Positions 1 through 8,247 of a DNA stretch of 17,610 bases are shown here, in pieces. The notes under the pieces are model-generated. The model did no database searches. It was not told the origin of the DNA and saw only the letters and a program-made list of their open reading frames with translations. Positions within the stretch are counted from its first letter, which is position 1. Every line of letters begins with the position of its first letter. A program made the translations under genes and the position numbers. Source of the stretch: an uncultured Pseudomonadota bacterium (GTDB lineage: Bacteria; UBA10199; GCA-002796325; 1-14-0-20-49-13); the NCBI GenBank assembly GCA_964612405.1, contig CAZTCA010000016.1, forward strand, positions 1 through 17,610. The letters are read 5' to 3'.

Positions 1-30
1 AGTCTGTTTAATGATCTTAAGAGGTAATTT

Positions 31-2013
31 GTGATAGAATTTTTGTTAAAATATATAACGCTCGACGGCCTGATCTGGCTGATCATTGTCCTACCTCTCA
101 CCGCGAGCGGAATAAATTGGACATTGTCGATTCTGGGAATCAAGTTCGGTTCCAGAAAAGTCTCGTCATTTGCAACGTTTGTCGGCGTAGTCGGGCCGTT
201 CCTCTCGTTTGCATCTGTTGCAATAGTTTTCTGGATACTCACCGGCCTGGAAAATACCGAACCGACGGCAATTACTGCGCCGCTCTACCAATGGATAAGT
301 TTTTTACCGTTCACTCCAGACGGTCACGTTGTGGGGTGGGGGATAGATGTTTCTTTGCGTGTGGATCAATTGTCGCTTGTCATGGCCATGGTGATCACCG
401 GAGTCGGCTCGCTCATTCATCTCTATTCAGTTGGGTACATGCATGGCGATGAGTCATATCCAAGATATTTTGCAGAATTAAATCTCTTCCTCTTCTTCAT
501 GTTATTACTTGTCCTGGGGAATAATCTCATCCTGATGTTTGTCGGATGGGAGGGCGTTGGTCTCTGTTCGTATCTGTTGATCGGATTCTGGTTCACTGAC
601 ATTGAAAAGGCCAAGGCGGGCAAAAAAGCATTCATCGTCAATAGAATTGGTGACTTTGGATTTATCATCGGCATTTTTCTTATATGGAAGACGTTGGCCG
701 GCCATGCGGCCATCGGTCAAAATCCTCTAGATTTTGAGACCCTGGAAAGAAATGCTGTGGTATTGCTCCCGTTGGCGACTCCAATCTGCTTGGCGCTCTT
801 TATCGGTGCCACCGGAAAATCGGCCCAGATCCCTCTCTATATATGGTTGCCTGATGCAATGGCGGGTCCGACACCCGTTTCGGCGCTCATCCACGCTGCC
901 ACAATGGTCACTGCAGGTGTCTATATGGTGGTGAGGTTAAACTTTATCTATATTTTGTCGCCTTTCACAATGCAGGTAATTGCCATTACAGGTGCTGTGA
1001 CCGCCTTATTCGCGGCGTTGATAGGCTTGACCCAAAAAGATATCAAAAAAGTTTTGGCGTATTCGACCATTTCGCAATTGGGTTATATGTTCCTTGCCGC
1101 CGGCGTTGGCGCATTTGGGGCCGCGATGTTCCATCTAACGACTCACGCATTTTTCAAGGCGGCATTATTTTTGGGCGCCGGAAGTGTTATCCACGCGCTT
1201 CATGGCGAGCAGGATATGTTTAAGATGGGAGGATTAAAAAAATATCTCCCCGGGACATCTACCGTATTTTTTGTCGCCGCACTCTCAATATCAGGCATTT
1301 GGCCGTTTGCAGGGTTTTTTAGTAAAGACGAGATTCTGTGGCAGGTTTATTCAAGAGGAAACATCGGTCTATGGCTGATCGGTTTTATAACTGCCGGCAT
1401 CACGGCATTTTATATATTCAGGGCAGTCGGGCTGACGTTCTTCGGGGCGACAAGAATCCCAGAGGAGAAACGAAAGACAATTCACGAATCTTCCGTGTCG
1501 ATGTTAGCGCCGTTGGTCATGCTTGCAATTCTCTCAATCTCCGGCGGATGGATGAAGGATGCGTTCGAACATTTCCTGCACCCGAGATTTGCGGCCGCCG
1601 CTTTTGAATATAATGAAATGCACGGCAATCTTGAGCATATTATGGGCATAATATCTGTTGCATGGGTGGTCCTATGGGCATTTGTCGCGTGGATTATCTA
1701 TACTCAGAATCTGGAATTGGTATCAAAGGCGGCAGACAGATTCAAGCGTACCCACAAACTTCTTTATGACAAATTCTATATCGACGAATTTTATAATTTG
1801 ATCATTATCAGGCCGATTAATTGGATCTCTGAATTTGTTTTATGGAAGGGGATAGACATCCCTATTATTGATAATGTCTTTGTAAACGGAAGCAGTCGTG
1901 TGGTTGCACTTTTTGGGAAGGTTGCCAGAATCGCCCAGACAGGACTTGTGCCGCACTATCTCTTCTTTATGATGATTGGTTTGAGCGTTTTGATTATATG
2001 GTTCATTTTTTAG
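31..2013 (+). CDS. nuoL: NADH-quinone oxidoreductase (complex I) subunit L, antiporter-like
   Basis: 660-aa ORF, GTG start at 31 with GAGG 8 nt upstream. Multi-TM Mrp-antiporter-like protein with the conserved 'WLPDAMAGPTPVSALIHAATMVTAGVY' proton-pumping motif and the long C-terminal extension typical of NuoL/ND5. Followed by nuoM and nuoN in canonical order. Confidence 0.93.
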   Translation: MIEFLLKYITLDGLIWLIIVLPLTASGINWTLSILGIKFGSRKVSSFATFVGVVGPFLSFASVAIVFWILTGLENTEPTAITAPLYQWISFLPFTPDGHVVGWGIDVSLRVDQLSLVMAMVITGVGSLIHLYSVGYMHGDESYPRYFAELNLFLFFMLLLVLGNNLILMFVGWEGVGLCSYLLIGFWFTDIEKAKAGKKAFIVNRIGDFGFIIGIFLIWKTLAGHAAIGQNPLDFETLERNAVVLLPLATPICLALFIGATGKSAQIPLYIWLPDAMAGPTPVSALIHAATMVTAGVYMVVRLNFIYILSPFTMQVIAITGAVTALFAALIGLTQKDIKKVLAYSTISQLGYMFLAAGVGAFGAAMFHLTTHAFFKAALFLGAGSVIHALHGEQDMFKMGGLKKYLPGTSTVFFVAALSISGIWPFAGFFSKDEILWQVYSRGNIGLWLIGFITAGITAFYIFRAVGLTFFGATRIPEEKRKTIHESSVSMLAPLVMLAILSISGGWMKDAFEHFLHPRFAAAAFEYNEMHGNLEHIMGIISVAWVVLWAFVAWIIYTQNLELVSKAADRFKRTHKLLYDKFYIDEFYNLIIIRPINWISEFVLWKGIDIPIIDNVFVNGSSRVVALFGKVARIAQTGLVPHYLFFMMIGLSVLIIWFIF

Positions 2014-2031
2014 GTATAGTGGATTGAATAT

Positions 2032-3768
2032 ATGATGGAACACATTTTAACATACACAATCTTTTCGCCGCTTATAGGTCTTCTTATAATCCTATTTGTG
2101 CCGAGGAGATTTGAAGAGGGTGTAAGGGCGGTTGCATTATTCACCAGCCTTTTAACGCTCGCACTATCACTTGTCCTCTTCTTTGCGTTTAAAGCCGGCA
2201 CAGGTTATCAGTTTCAAGAGGCCCGCCACTGGATTCCAGCTCTGAATATTAATTATCATCTTGGCATCGATGGCGTGAGTCTGCTTCTCATTTGTCTTAC
2301 TACACTTCTGGTAACACTTTGTGTTGTTGCCTCGTGGAATGAGATAACCAAGAGGCGAAAAGAGTTTTATTCCCTGATGCTGGTCTGCGAAATTGGTCTA
2401 TTGGGAGCCTTTTCAGCGCTCGACCTTTTCCTCTTCTATGTTTTCTGGGAACTGATGCTGATCCCGATGTATTTCATGATCGGAATCTGGGGGAGCGGCA
2501 ATAGGGTGTATGTGGCACTGAAGCTGTTGCTGTATACGATGATCGGTTCCCTCTTTATGCTTGTGGGGATCATCTACCTTTATATCAAGTCAGGAAATTC
2601 TTTTGACATGCTCGTTCTTGGCAAGATTGTGTTAGATCCGCAGGTACAGCTATGGCTCTTCTTATCGTTTGCTTTTGCTTTTGCAATCAAAGTGCCGATC
2701 TTTCCATTCCACACATGGCTTCCGGATGCGCACACAGAGTCTCCAACCGCAGGTAGCGTTCTTCTTGCCGGCGTATTTCTAAAAGTCGGTGCATATGGTT
2801 TTTATAGAATTGCAATGCCATATTTTCCGGACGCGGTAGTTCTGCTCAGACCTTATATATTTACGCTTGCGGTAATCGGAATTGTTTATGGCGCGCTTCT
2901 CTCTATTGTTCAGACTGACCTCAAGCGCTTGATCGCATATTCATCTGTGTCGCACATGGGGTTTGTGATTTTGGGTCTCATCTCTCTCAATCCCGAGGGT
3001 GTGAGTGGTGCGGTTCTGCAAATGGTCAATCATGGCCTCTCAACCGGTGCATTATTCCTACTCTTCGGAATGCTCTATTATCGTTCTCACACAAGAAAGA
3101 TTTCAGACTATGGAGGAATCGGCAAGACAATGCCGATCTTTGCAGGGATCTTTATCTTCACCGGGCTTTCGTCTTTGGGTCTGCCGGGTCTGAATAACTT
3201 TGTCGGTGAAGTCCTGACATTGATAGGCGCGTTCAAGGCAAGACCGGTGATGGCAATTATTTCCGCGACAGGCGTTATCTTCGCCGCTGTTTATATATTA
3301 TTGGCACTTGAGAGAGTGTTTTATGGCGAGAAGAAGACGTTTAAGACGGCGATGAAGGATATAAACGCCAGAGAAGTTGCTCTGATATCTCCGCTCTTAA
3401 TAATGATTGTATGGCTTGGGGTCTATCCCGGCACAGCGCTTTCAAAAATCACGGAATCTACAACTGACTTTTTGAATATGTCCAGACGCAGTATTGCAGA
3501 TGTTGTCAGAGAGCCGCTTGAAACCATAACCCCTCAACCAAGAACATCTGATATTGAGATAATCATGCCGGAGTCGTTGCCGGACGTCGATGAGATGAAA
3601 GATGAAGATAAGGAAACGGAGGGCGTGGACAGATATGAGGTCATTAATAGAGATTTGATGAAGAGAAAGGCTTTGGAGGAAGAGAAGGCTAAAGAGGAAG
3701 AGTCTTCAGACGATGAAGAGGGCGAATTATCAGAAGACGAGTCTGATGATTCATTTGAAGATTATTAA
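2032..3768 (+). CDS. nuoM: NADH-quinone oxidoreductase subunit M with unusual acidic C-terminal extension
   Basis: 578-aa ORF. The first ~480 aa are a typical NuoM/ND4 polytopic antiporter-like protein ('FPFHTWLPDAHTESPTAGSVLLAGV' motif). The last ~95 aa (nt ~3481-3768) are hydrophilic and very D/E/S/K-rich (...EEESSDDEEGELSEDESDDSFEDY). Confidence 0.92.
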   Translation: MMEHILTYTIFSPLIGLLIILFVPRRFEEGVRAVALFTSLLTLALSLVLFFAFKAGTGYQFQEARHWIPALNINYHLGIDGVSLLLICLTTLLVTLCVVASWNEITKRRKEFYSLMLVCEIGLLGAFSALDLFLFYVFWELMLIPMYFMIGIWGSGNRVYVALKLLLYTMIGSLFMLVGIIYLYIKSGNSFDMLVLGKIVLDPQVQLWLFLSFAFAFAIKVPIFPFHTWLPDAHTESPTAGSVLLAGVFLKVGAYGFYRIAMPYFPDAVVLLRPYIFTLAVIGIVYGALLSIVQTDLKRLIAYSSVSHMGFVILGLISLNPEGVSGAVLQMVNHGLSTGALFLLFGMLYYRSHTRKISDYGGIGKTMPIFAGIFIFTGLSSLGLPGLNNFVGEVLTLIGAFKARPVMAIISATGVIFAAVYILLALERVFYGEKKTFKTAMKDINAREVALISPLLIMIVWLGVYPGTALSKITESTTDFLNMSRRSIADVVREPLETITPQPRTSDIEIIMPESLPDVDEMKDEDKETEGVDRYEVINRDLMKRKALEEEKAKEEESSDDEEGELSEDESDDSFEDY

Positions 3769-3777
3769 AAAATATTT

Positions 3778-5187
3778 ATGACAGAACTATTAATACATTC
3801 TCTGCCGTTGTTAACAGTTTTTTTGACTGCCATTGTCGTTCTGCTTATAGGCTCATGGTTTCCAAAAAAACATGAAGTGGTTTTAGTCACCGCAATTGTC
3901 GGACTTTTAATTTCGATCTGGTTTGCATGGATAGGCTGGTGTGCCGGTGGTGCGGTATTTGGCGGTTTCTTTCTGGAATATAGTAAATTTACACTGATCA
4001 GTATTATAGTAATGACGATATCGGCCGGACTTGTCGCTATATCTTCGTTAAATTATTTCACAGAGCGGTCGCTTAAGTTCAACGAGTTCATTACACTTGT
4101 TTTATTTGTCCTCTTTGGAGGTTCCGTGATGGTGGCCGGCACAAGCCTGATAGTCATATTCATAGGTCTGGAGATCTTGTCACTTGCCGCATATGTACAG
4201 GCTGGGATGAATAAACAGGACGCCGCCTCGTCTGAGGCATCTTTGAAATATTTTACGATGGGAGCTGTGGCCTCTGCGGTGCTCCTGTTCGGCATCGCAT
4301 TGTACTACGGATCTACCGCAGCATTTGATATTTTAAATCCGGTAATTTTAAACGAGAGGTTATTTCTCGTTGCCTATGCGTTAATAATCGCAGGGTTTGG
4401 ATTCAAAGTGGCTTTATTTCCGTTCCACTGGTGGGTGCCGGATGTTTATCAGGGGGCGCCTCTTCCGGTTGCAAGCCAATTCGCGATACTCGTAAAGATT
4501 GCCGCGTTTGTGGTATTCTATAAAGTGGTTAGATTGCTTTCCAATGTATCCGGAGTCGAGCTGACTAATTTTTTCACATGGACCGCAGTTATTACGATGT
4601 CTATTGCAAATCTTGCCGCGCTCTTCCAAGAGGATGTCAAGAGGATGCTTGCATATTCCTCCATCGCGCACGCCGGCTACATATTAATTGCATTTGTTTT
4701 CATAAAGAGCGATCCAACGGCCGCTTCAAGCTCAATGCTCTTCTATCTGATATCATATATGGTAATGACGGCCGGCGCGTTTGCGGTTCTTATACAGCTG
4801 TCAGGCTCGGAAGAAAAGACGTCCCTCAGAGAAATCTCCGGGCTTGGAAGAACAAACCCGTGGCTTGCGTTTGCCATGTCGCTCTTTTTAATCTCACTTG
4901 CAGGATTTCCTCCCACGAGCGGTTTCTTTGCCAAATTTTATCTTTTCAAATCGGCATTAGTTAACGGACACGTGGCGCTGGTAATCATTGCAGTAATGAA
5001 TAGCCTTATCTCTATCTATTATTATATGAGACCTGTGGTTGCTCTCTATTTTGGAAATTCAAGTGAGGACGTTGCTAAAGTGAGCGATATTCGTTATTCC
5101 ATTGCCGGCGTAATAATCTTTTGTCTGATTTCCGTGATATTATTGGGTTTAATTCCTTCGACTATCCTTGCAATTATCTCAGGTTGA
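3778..5187 (+). CDS. nuoN: NADH-quinone oxidoreductase subunit N
   Basis: 469-aa polytopic membrane protein, third antiporter-like subunit ('FPFHWWVPDVYQGAPLPVASQFAI' motif), in canonical L-M-N order, 10 nt after nuoM. Confidence 0.92.
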   Translation: MTELLIHSLPLLTVFLTAIVVLLIGSWFPKKHEVVLVTAIVGLLISIWFAWIGWCAGGAVFGGFFLEYSKFTLISIIVMTISAGLVAISSLNYFTERSLKFNEFITLVLFVLFGGSVMVAGTSLIVIFIGLEILSLAAYVQAGMNKQDAASSEASLKYFTMGAVASAVLLFGIALYYGSTAAFDILNPVILNERLFLVAYALIIAGFGFKVALFPFHWWVPDVYQGAPLPVASQFAILVKIAAFVVFYKVVRLLSNVSGVELTNFFTWTAVITMSIANLAALFQEDVKRMLAYSSIAHAGYILIAFVFIKSDPTAASSSMLFYLISYMVMTAGAFAVLIQLSGSEEKTSLREISGLGRTNPWLAFAMSLFLISLAGFPPTSGFFAKFYLFKSALVNGHVALVIIAVMNSLISIYYYMRPVVALYFGNSSEDVAKVSDIRYSIAGVIIFCLISVILLGLIPSTILAIISG

Positions 5188-5221
5188 TATATAAGGCTAC
5201 TAACCAAAAAGGAGGTGTCTT

Positions 5222-6061
5222 ATGGCAGAGATGATGCCAAATATTCCAAATCTTGCAAATCTATCAAAAAATAAGAAGATGATTGGAATCGGAGTGATTG
5301 TGTTGATTATCTTGCTGGTCAAATCGCTTGTGATTGTTCCGGCAGGACACATTGCTGTTCTTGAGCTCTTTGGAAATGTCTATTCGACGTCTCTGGATGC
5401 GGGAATTCATATCATCAATCCGCTGTTGAGCGTTCACAAGATGAGCATCCGCACTCAGCAGATTACGGAAGACGCAAACGTTCCGTCCAAAGAGGGTCTT
5501 GTGGTTAGCTTGGACCTCTCGGTCCTGATCAGTCTTGACCCGAGGAATGCGCCGGATGTTTTTAAAACTATCGGCGCAAATTATGTAAATGTCATTGTGA
5601 TTCCGCAGCTGAGATCGGTTGTTAGAGGTGTGACGGCCGGGTATGAGGCAAAGGCACTCTACACAGCAGAGCGTGAGGCACTGGCCACTCAGATGTATGA
5701 GCAATTAAAGCCGATGGTCGAGGATAGAGGCGTAAGATTGGAGAGGGTCCTTCTCCGGTCCGTGAAACTGCCTGACATTCTCTCCACAGCCATTCAAAAG
5801 AAGCTTGAGGCCGAGCAGCAGTCAGAACAGATGAAATTTGTTCTACAAAAAGAGACTCAAGAGGCAGAGAGAAAGCGTATTGAGGCAAAGGGGATCAGCG
5901 ATTATAATTTTACTGTTAATCGCGGCCTGACCCAGCAGATTTTGACACTTCGTGGGATCGAGGCGACAAGGGAGCTGGCCAAGAGCGAAAATTCGAAGAT
6001 TGTAGTGGTTGGTAGCGGCAAAGACGGGCTGCCTATAATTTTAGGTAACAGCGGTAATTAA
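5222..6061 (+). CDS. SPFH/band-7 (prohibitin/HflC-like) membrane-anchored protein
   Basis: 279-aa ORF, AAAGGAGG SD at 5209-5216, 34 nt after nuoN. N-terminal TM helix, then an SPFH domain and a coiled-coil region (EAEQQSEQMKFVLQKETQEAERKRIEAKG) typical of the prohibitin/HflK/C family. Confidence 0.85.
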   Translation: MAEMMPNIPNLANLSKNKKMIGIGVIVLIILLVKSLVIVPAGHIAVLELFGNVYSTSLDAGIHIINPLLSVHKMSIRTQQITEDANVPSKEGLVVSLDLSVLISLDPRNAPDVFKTIGANYVNVIVIPQLRSVVRGVTAGYEAKALYTAEREALATQMYEQLKPMVEDRGVRLERVLLRSVKLPDILSTAIQKKLEAEQQSEQMKFVLQKETQEAERKRIEAKGISDYNFTVNRGLTQQILTLRGIEATRELAKSENSKIVVVGSGKDGLPIILGNSGN

Positions 6062-6064
6062 TTT

Positions 6065-6286
6065 CTAATTTGAAGGGGTGGTGCATTCTGTTTTACAGAT
6101 CCATGCATCACCCTTTCTTTTTGCGAAATCCTTGTAGATATAAGTATTACAATTGTCGCATTTAACCATCTCGTTCAGTAATTTCTTCTGTTCTTCTTTA
6201 GCAGGCCGCGCCATCGGGTTGAACATTTTTTTAAACATTCTCCAGATCATCAAAAACAATACTCCAAGAAGAATAAAACGTAGCAT
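6065..6286 (-). CDS. Small membrane-anchored Zn-ribbon-like protein (73 aa)
   Basis: N-terminal hydrophobic helix (LRFILLGVLFLMIW) followed by basic residues (positive-inside, so C-terminus is cytoplasmic) and a CxxC-x17-CxxxC cysteine quartet (CDNC...CKTEC). GAGGG lies 8 nt upstream of the ATG. It starts 19 nt after the stop of the upstream FG-GAP gene, so it is probably operonic. Confidence 0.5.
   Translation of the reverse strand: MLRFILLGVLFLMIWRMFKKMFNPMARPAKEEQKKLLNEMVKCDNCNTYIYKDFAKRKGDAWICKTECTTPSN
6075..6122 (+). terminator. Predicted intrinsic terminator for the nuo/SPFH transcript
   Basis: GGGGTGGTGCAT (6075-6086) pairs with ATGCATCACCC (6103-6113) as an 11-12 bp stem with one G.U and a 16-nt loop. 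TTTCTTTTT follows on the + strand (6114-6122). It lies 14 nt after the SPFH stop and overlaps the 3' end of the convergent minus-strand small gene. Confidence 0.5.
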
Positions 6287-6305
6287 TCCTTAAACCCTCA
6301 AGTAA

Positions 6306-6782
6306 TTACTGATTTAATAGTATTGTGGTATAACCACCTTCAGGATTTGCACTATTGCATGCCGCGATATCAATGTCGCCGTCGTTATCAAAATCTCCCG
6401 CAACTATGCCAAACGGTCTTCCATCTTCAACATTTGTGTCATAATAAGAGGGTGATGAGAATGCCCCATCACCATCTCCTACAAATACTGATATTGTGGT
6501 TCCTATACCGTCAATGCCAAAATTTGCAACCGCCAGATCCGACATTGCATATGTGACTGTAAAATCAGGCGTGGTTCCGTCTTCCTCAGCGCAGGCAGGA
6601 ATTGTAATTTCGCCGAGCGTCAAACCAGGTACAATACCATAGGCATTATTAGCTGCTACGGCGGCCCTGATAGCGGCGGTTGTGGGGGCTGAAAGTGTTT
6701 GATTCAACAAATCGTCTGAACTGCAATGAATACTCAAGGCCGCGGCAGATGCCGCTAGAAAGAGAAGGGCGGGCCTCTTCAT
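6306..6782 (-). CDS. Secreted FG-GAP / Ca-binding repeat protein (158 aa)
   Basis: N-terminal signal peptide (MKRPALLFLAASAAALS). Two FG-GAP/VCBS-like repeats with Asp-rich Ca-binding loops (FVGDGDGAF; VAGDFDNDGDIDIAA). AAGGGGG SD 5 nt upstream. 9-nt gap after the ATP-grasp gene. Confidence 0.7.
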   Translation of the reverse strand: MKRPALLFLAASAAALSIHCSSDDLLNQTLSAPTTAAIRAAVAANNAYGIVPGLTLGEITIPACAEEDGTTPDFTVTYAMSDLAVANFGIDGIGTTISVFVGDGDGAFSSPSYYDTNVEDGRPFGIVAGDFDNDGDIDIAACNSANPEGGYTTILLNQ

Positions 6783-6791
6783 AATACCCCC

Positions 6792-7814
6792 TTATTTATA
6801 CGTCTTGTTTAAGCCTAAATTAACAATCTTTTGTAGCAGTTTTTCAAAAGGAAGTCCCGCCTTTTCAGCGGATAGGGCAAAGTCCTCATCTGTGCAAAGA
6901 TCGGGATTCGGATTTGCCTCGATAAAGACGACCTGATTTGTAGGTGTCAAGCGAAGATCCATTCTGGCGTAACCGTCAATCTTCAAAATTTTATATGCAC
7001 GTTTGCACATGTTTAGAACATGTTCTTCAATATCTTGGTCCAAATCAGCGAACCGATATCTGATTCCCCATTTTTTACGATAGTCCTTATCAAATTTAGT
7101 TTTATATGTCGCAAAGGCGTTATTTCCGTTTGGAAGATTGCCGAATGTCACCTCACGAATCGGAAATGCCCGAATGCGTTTATTGCCCAAAATGCTTACA
7201 TACAACTCTCTGCCCGGGATGAACTGTTCTACAAGTGCCGCATCGCCAAACTTTTCATGAATAAATTTTACTCTTTCATAGAGCGCCTCTTCTATTTCAA
7301 CAAGAGATGCCTGTGAGATCCCCTGGGAGGCATCATCATTCGCAAGCTTAACAATGCAGGGGAGTTTGACTCGCGGTGACAGTGGTTTTTTCTCGCCCAC
7401 TCGGAAAACCGTGAAGGGCGGATTTTTTATTCTGTGAAATGAGAGAAGCTTTTTAGATAGGGCCTTGTGTCTGCAGAGCATCAGGCCGTTCGGACCGCAC
7501 CCCGTGTATGGGATATCCATCATCTGAAAGAGCCCCACAACGGCTTTATCCAGATGCCCTTTGCCGCCAAAATGCTCGGTCAGATTAAAGACAATGTCCG
7601 GCTGGAGATTTTTGACGGTTTTATATAAAAGATCTATCTCCTCATAAATTCCAAGGGTGTGAACGTCGTGCCCCATCTTTTTTAGTGTTCTAATGACATC
7701 GGCCTCCGTCTGCCATTCTTCAGTCTTCAGTTCAGCACTGAAATCCTGATCCTCCGGAGGCGTTCCCGCGGTGTCGAACAAGACCAGTATTTTAAGGGTT
7801 CTTTTTGCGGACAT
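6792..7814 (-). CDS. ATP-grasp ligase of the D-Ala-D-Ala ligase (Ddl) family
   Basis: 340 aa. Ddl-like N-terminal domain (KILVLFDTAG...EHFGGKGHLDKAVVGLFQMMDIPYTGCGP...CRHKALSKKLL). C-terminal ATP-grasp Mg-binding signature (ARMDLRL...VVFIEANPNPDL matches the Ddl R-x-D...E-x-N motif). Its start overlaps the upstream 151-aa gene by 23 nt. Confidence 0.85.
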   Translation of the reverse strand: MSAKRTLKILVLFDTAGTPPEDQDFSAELKTEEWQTEADVIRTLKKMGHDVHTLGIYEEIDLLYKTVKNLQPDIVFNLTEHFGGKGHLDKAVVGLFQMMDIPYTGCGPNGLMLCRHKALSKKLLSFHRIKNPPFTVFRVGEKKPLSPRVKLPCIVKLANDDASQGISQASLVEIEEALYERVKFIHEKFGDAALVEQFIPGRELYVSILGNKRIRAFPIREVTFGNLPNGNNAFATYKTKFDKDYRKKWGIRYRFADLDQDIEEHVLNMCKRAYKILKIDGYARMDLRLTPTNQVVFIEANPNPDLCTDEDFALSAEKAGLPFEKLLQKIVNLGLNKTYK

Positions 7815-8247
7815 TTTTAAACCTGCCTGTTGATAAATAGTTCATTGCAAGTGTATTTACATATGCCGTTAGCTGAAGAAGAGCGGTATTTTCTTCAGTG
7901 TATCTGTATAATTTCATCTCCCCGGCCGTTTTAATTAAATCGCTCATTAATTCATTGATCAAATAATTGTTTTTGCCGATCCACATGCCTATAGAATTGA
8001 CAATATTTCTTCTATACCTTTTTATAAAGGTATCTGCACGTTCAATTTTCCCCTGGCCCTCGATCTCTTTGAAAATTCTCTTGAGGTCCGGGCTGAAAAA
8101 GCCTGGAAGGTTTTCTGCAAACTCCCGCCGCTTTTTATTATAATAATATCCGAGCGTCTGGCCAAGCCTGTCCACCGACCAATATTTTTTGTTGCTTGTC
8201 ACCGGCGGTGGCTTGTTTTTTATTTCAGACATCAAATGGTCATACAT
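7792..8247 (-). CDS. Hypothetical protein (151 aa), basic and aromatic-rich, no recognisable motif
   Basis: ORF whose start overlaps the stop of the upstream HExxH gene by 8 nt and whose stop overlaps the ATP-grasp start by 23 nt (translational coupling). I could see no conserved motif. K/R/Y/N-rich. Confidence 0.5.
   Translation of the reverse strand: MYDHLMSEIKNKPPPVTSNKKYWSVDRLGQTLGYYYNKKRREFAENLPGFFSPDLKRIFKEIEGQGKIERADTFIKRYRRNIVNSIGMWIGKNNYLINELMSDLIKTAGEMKLYRYTEENTALLQLTAYVNTLAMNYLSTGRFKNVRKKNP

Noticed and set aside
117-452. Alternative-frame ORFs inside nuoL/nuoM/nuoN and other CDSs (e.g. 117-452, 423-713, 3005-3193, 4578-4964, 5264-5704, 14021-14398, 14781-15209)
   Set aside because: All are nested in or antisense to well-supported conserved genes and encode Arg/Cys/Ser-rich low-complexity peptides. 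No independent start signals.
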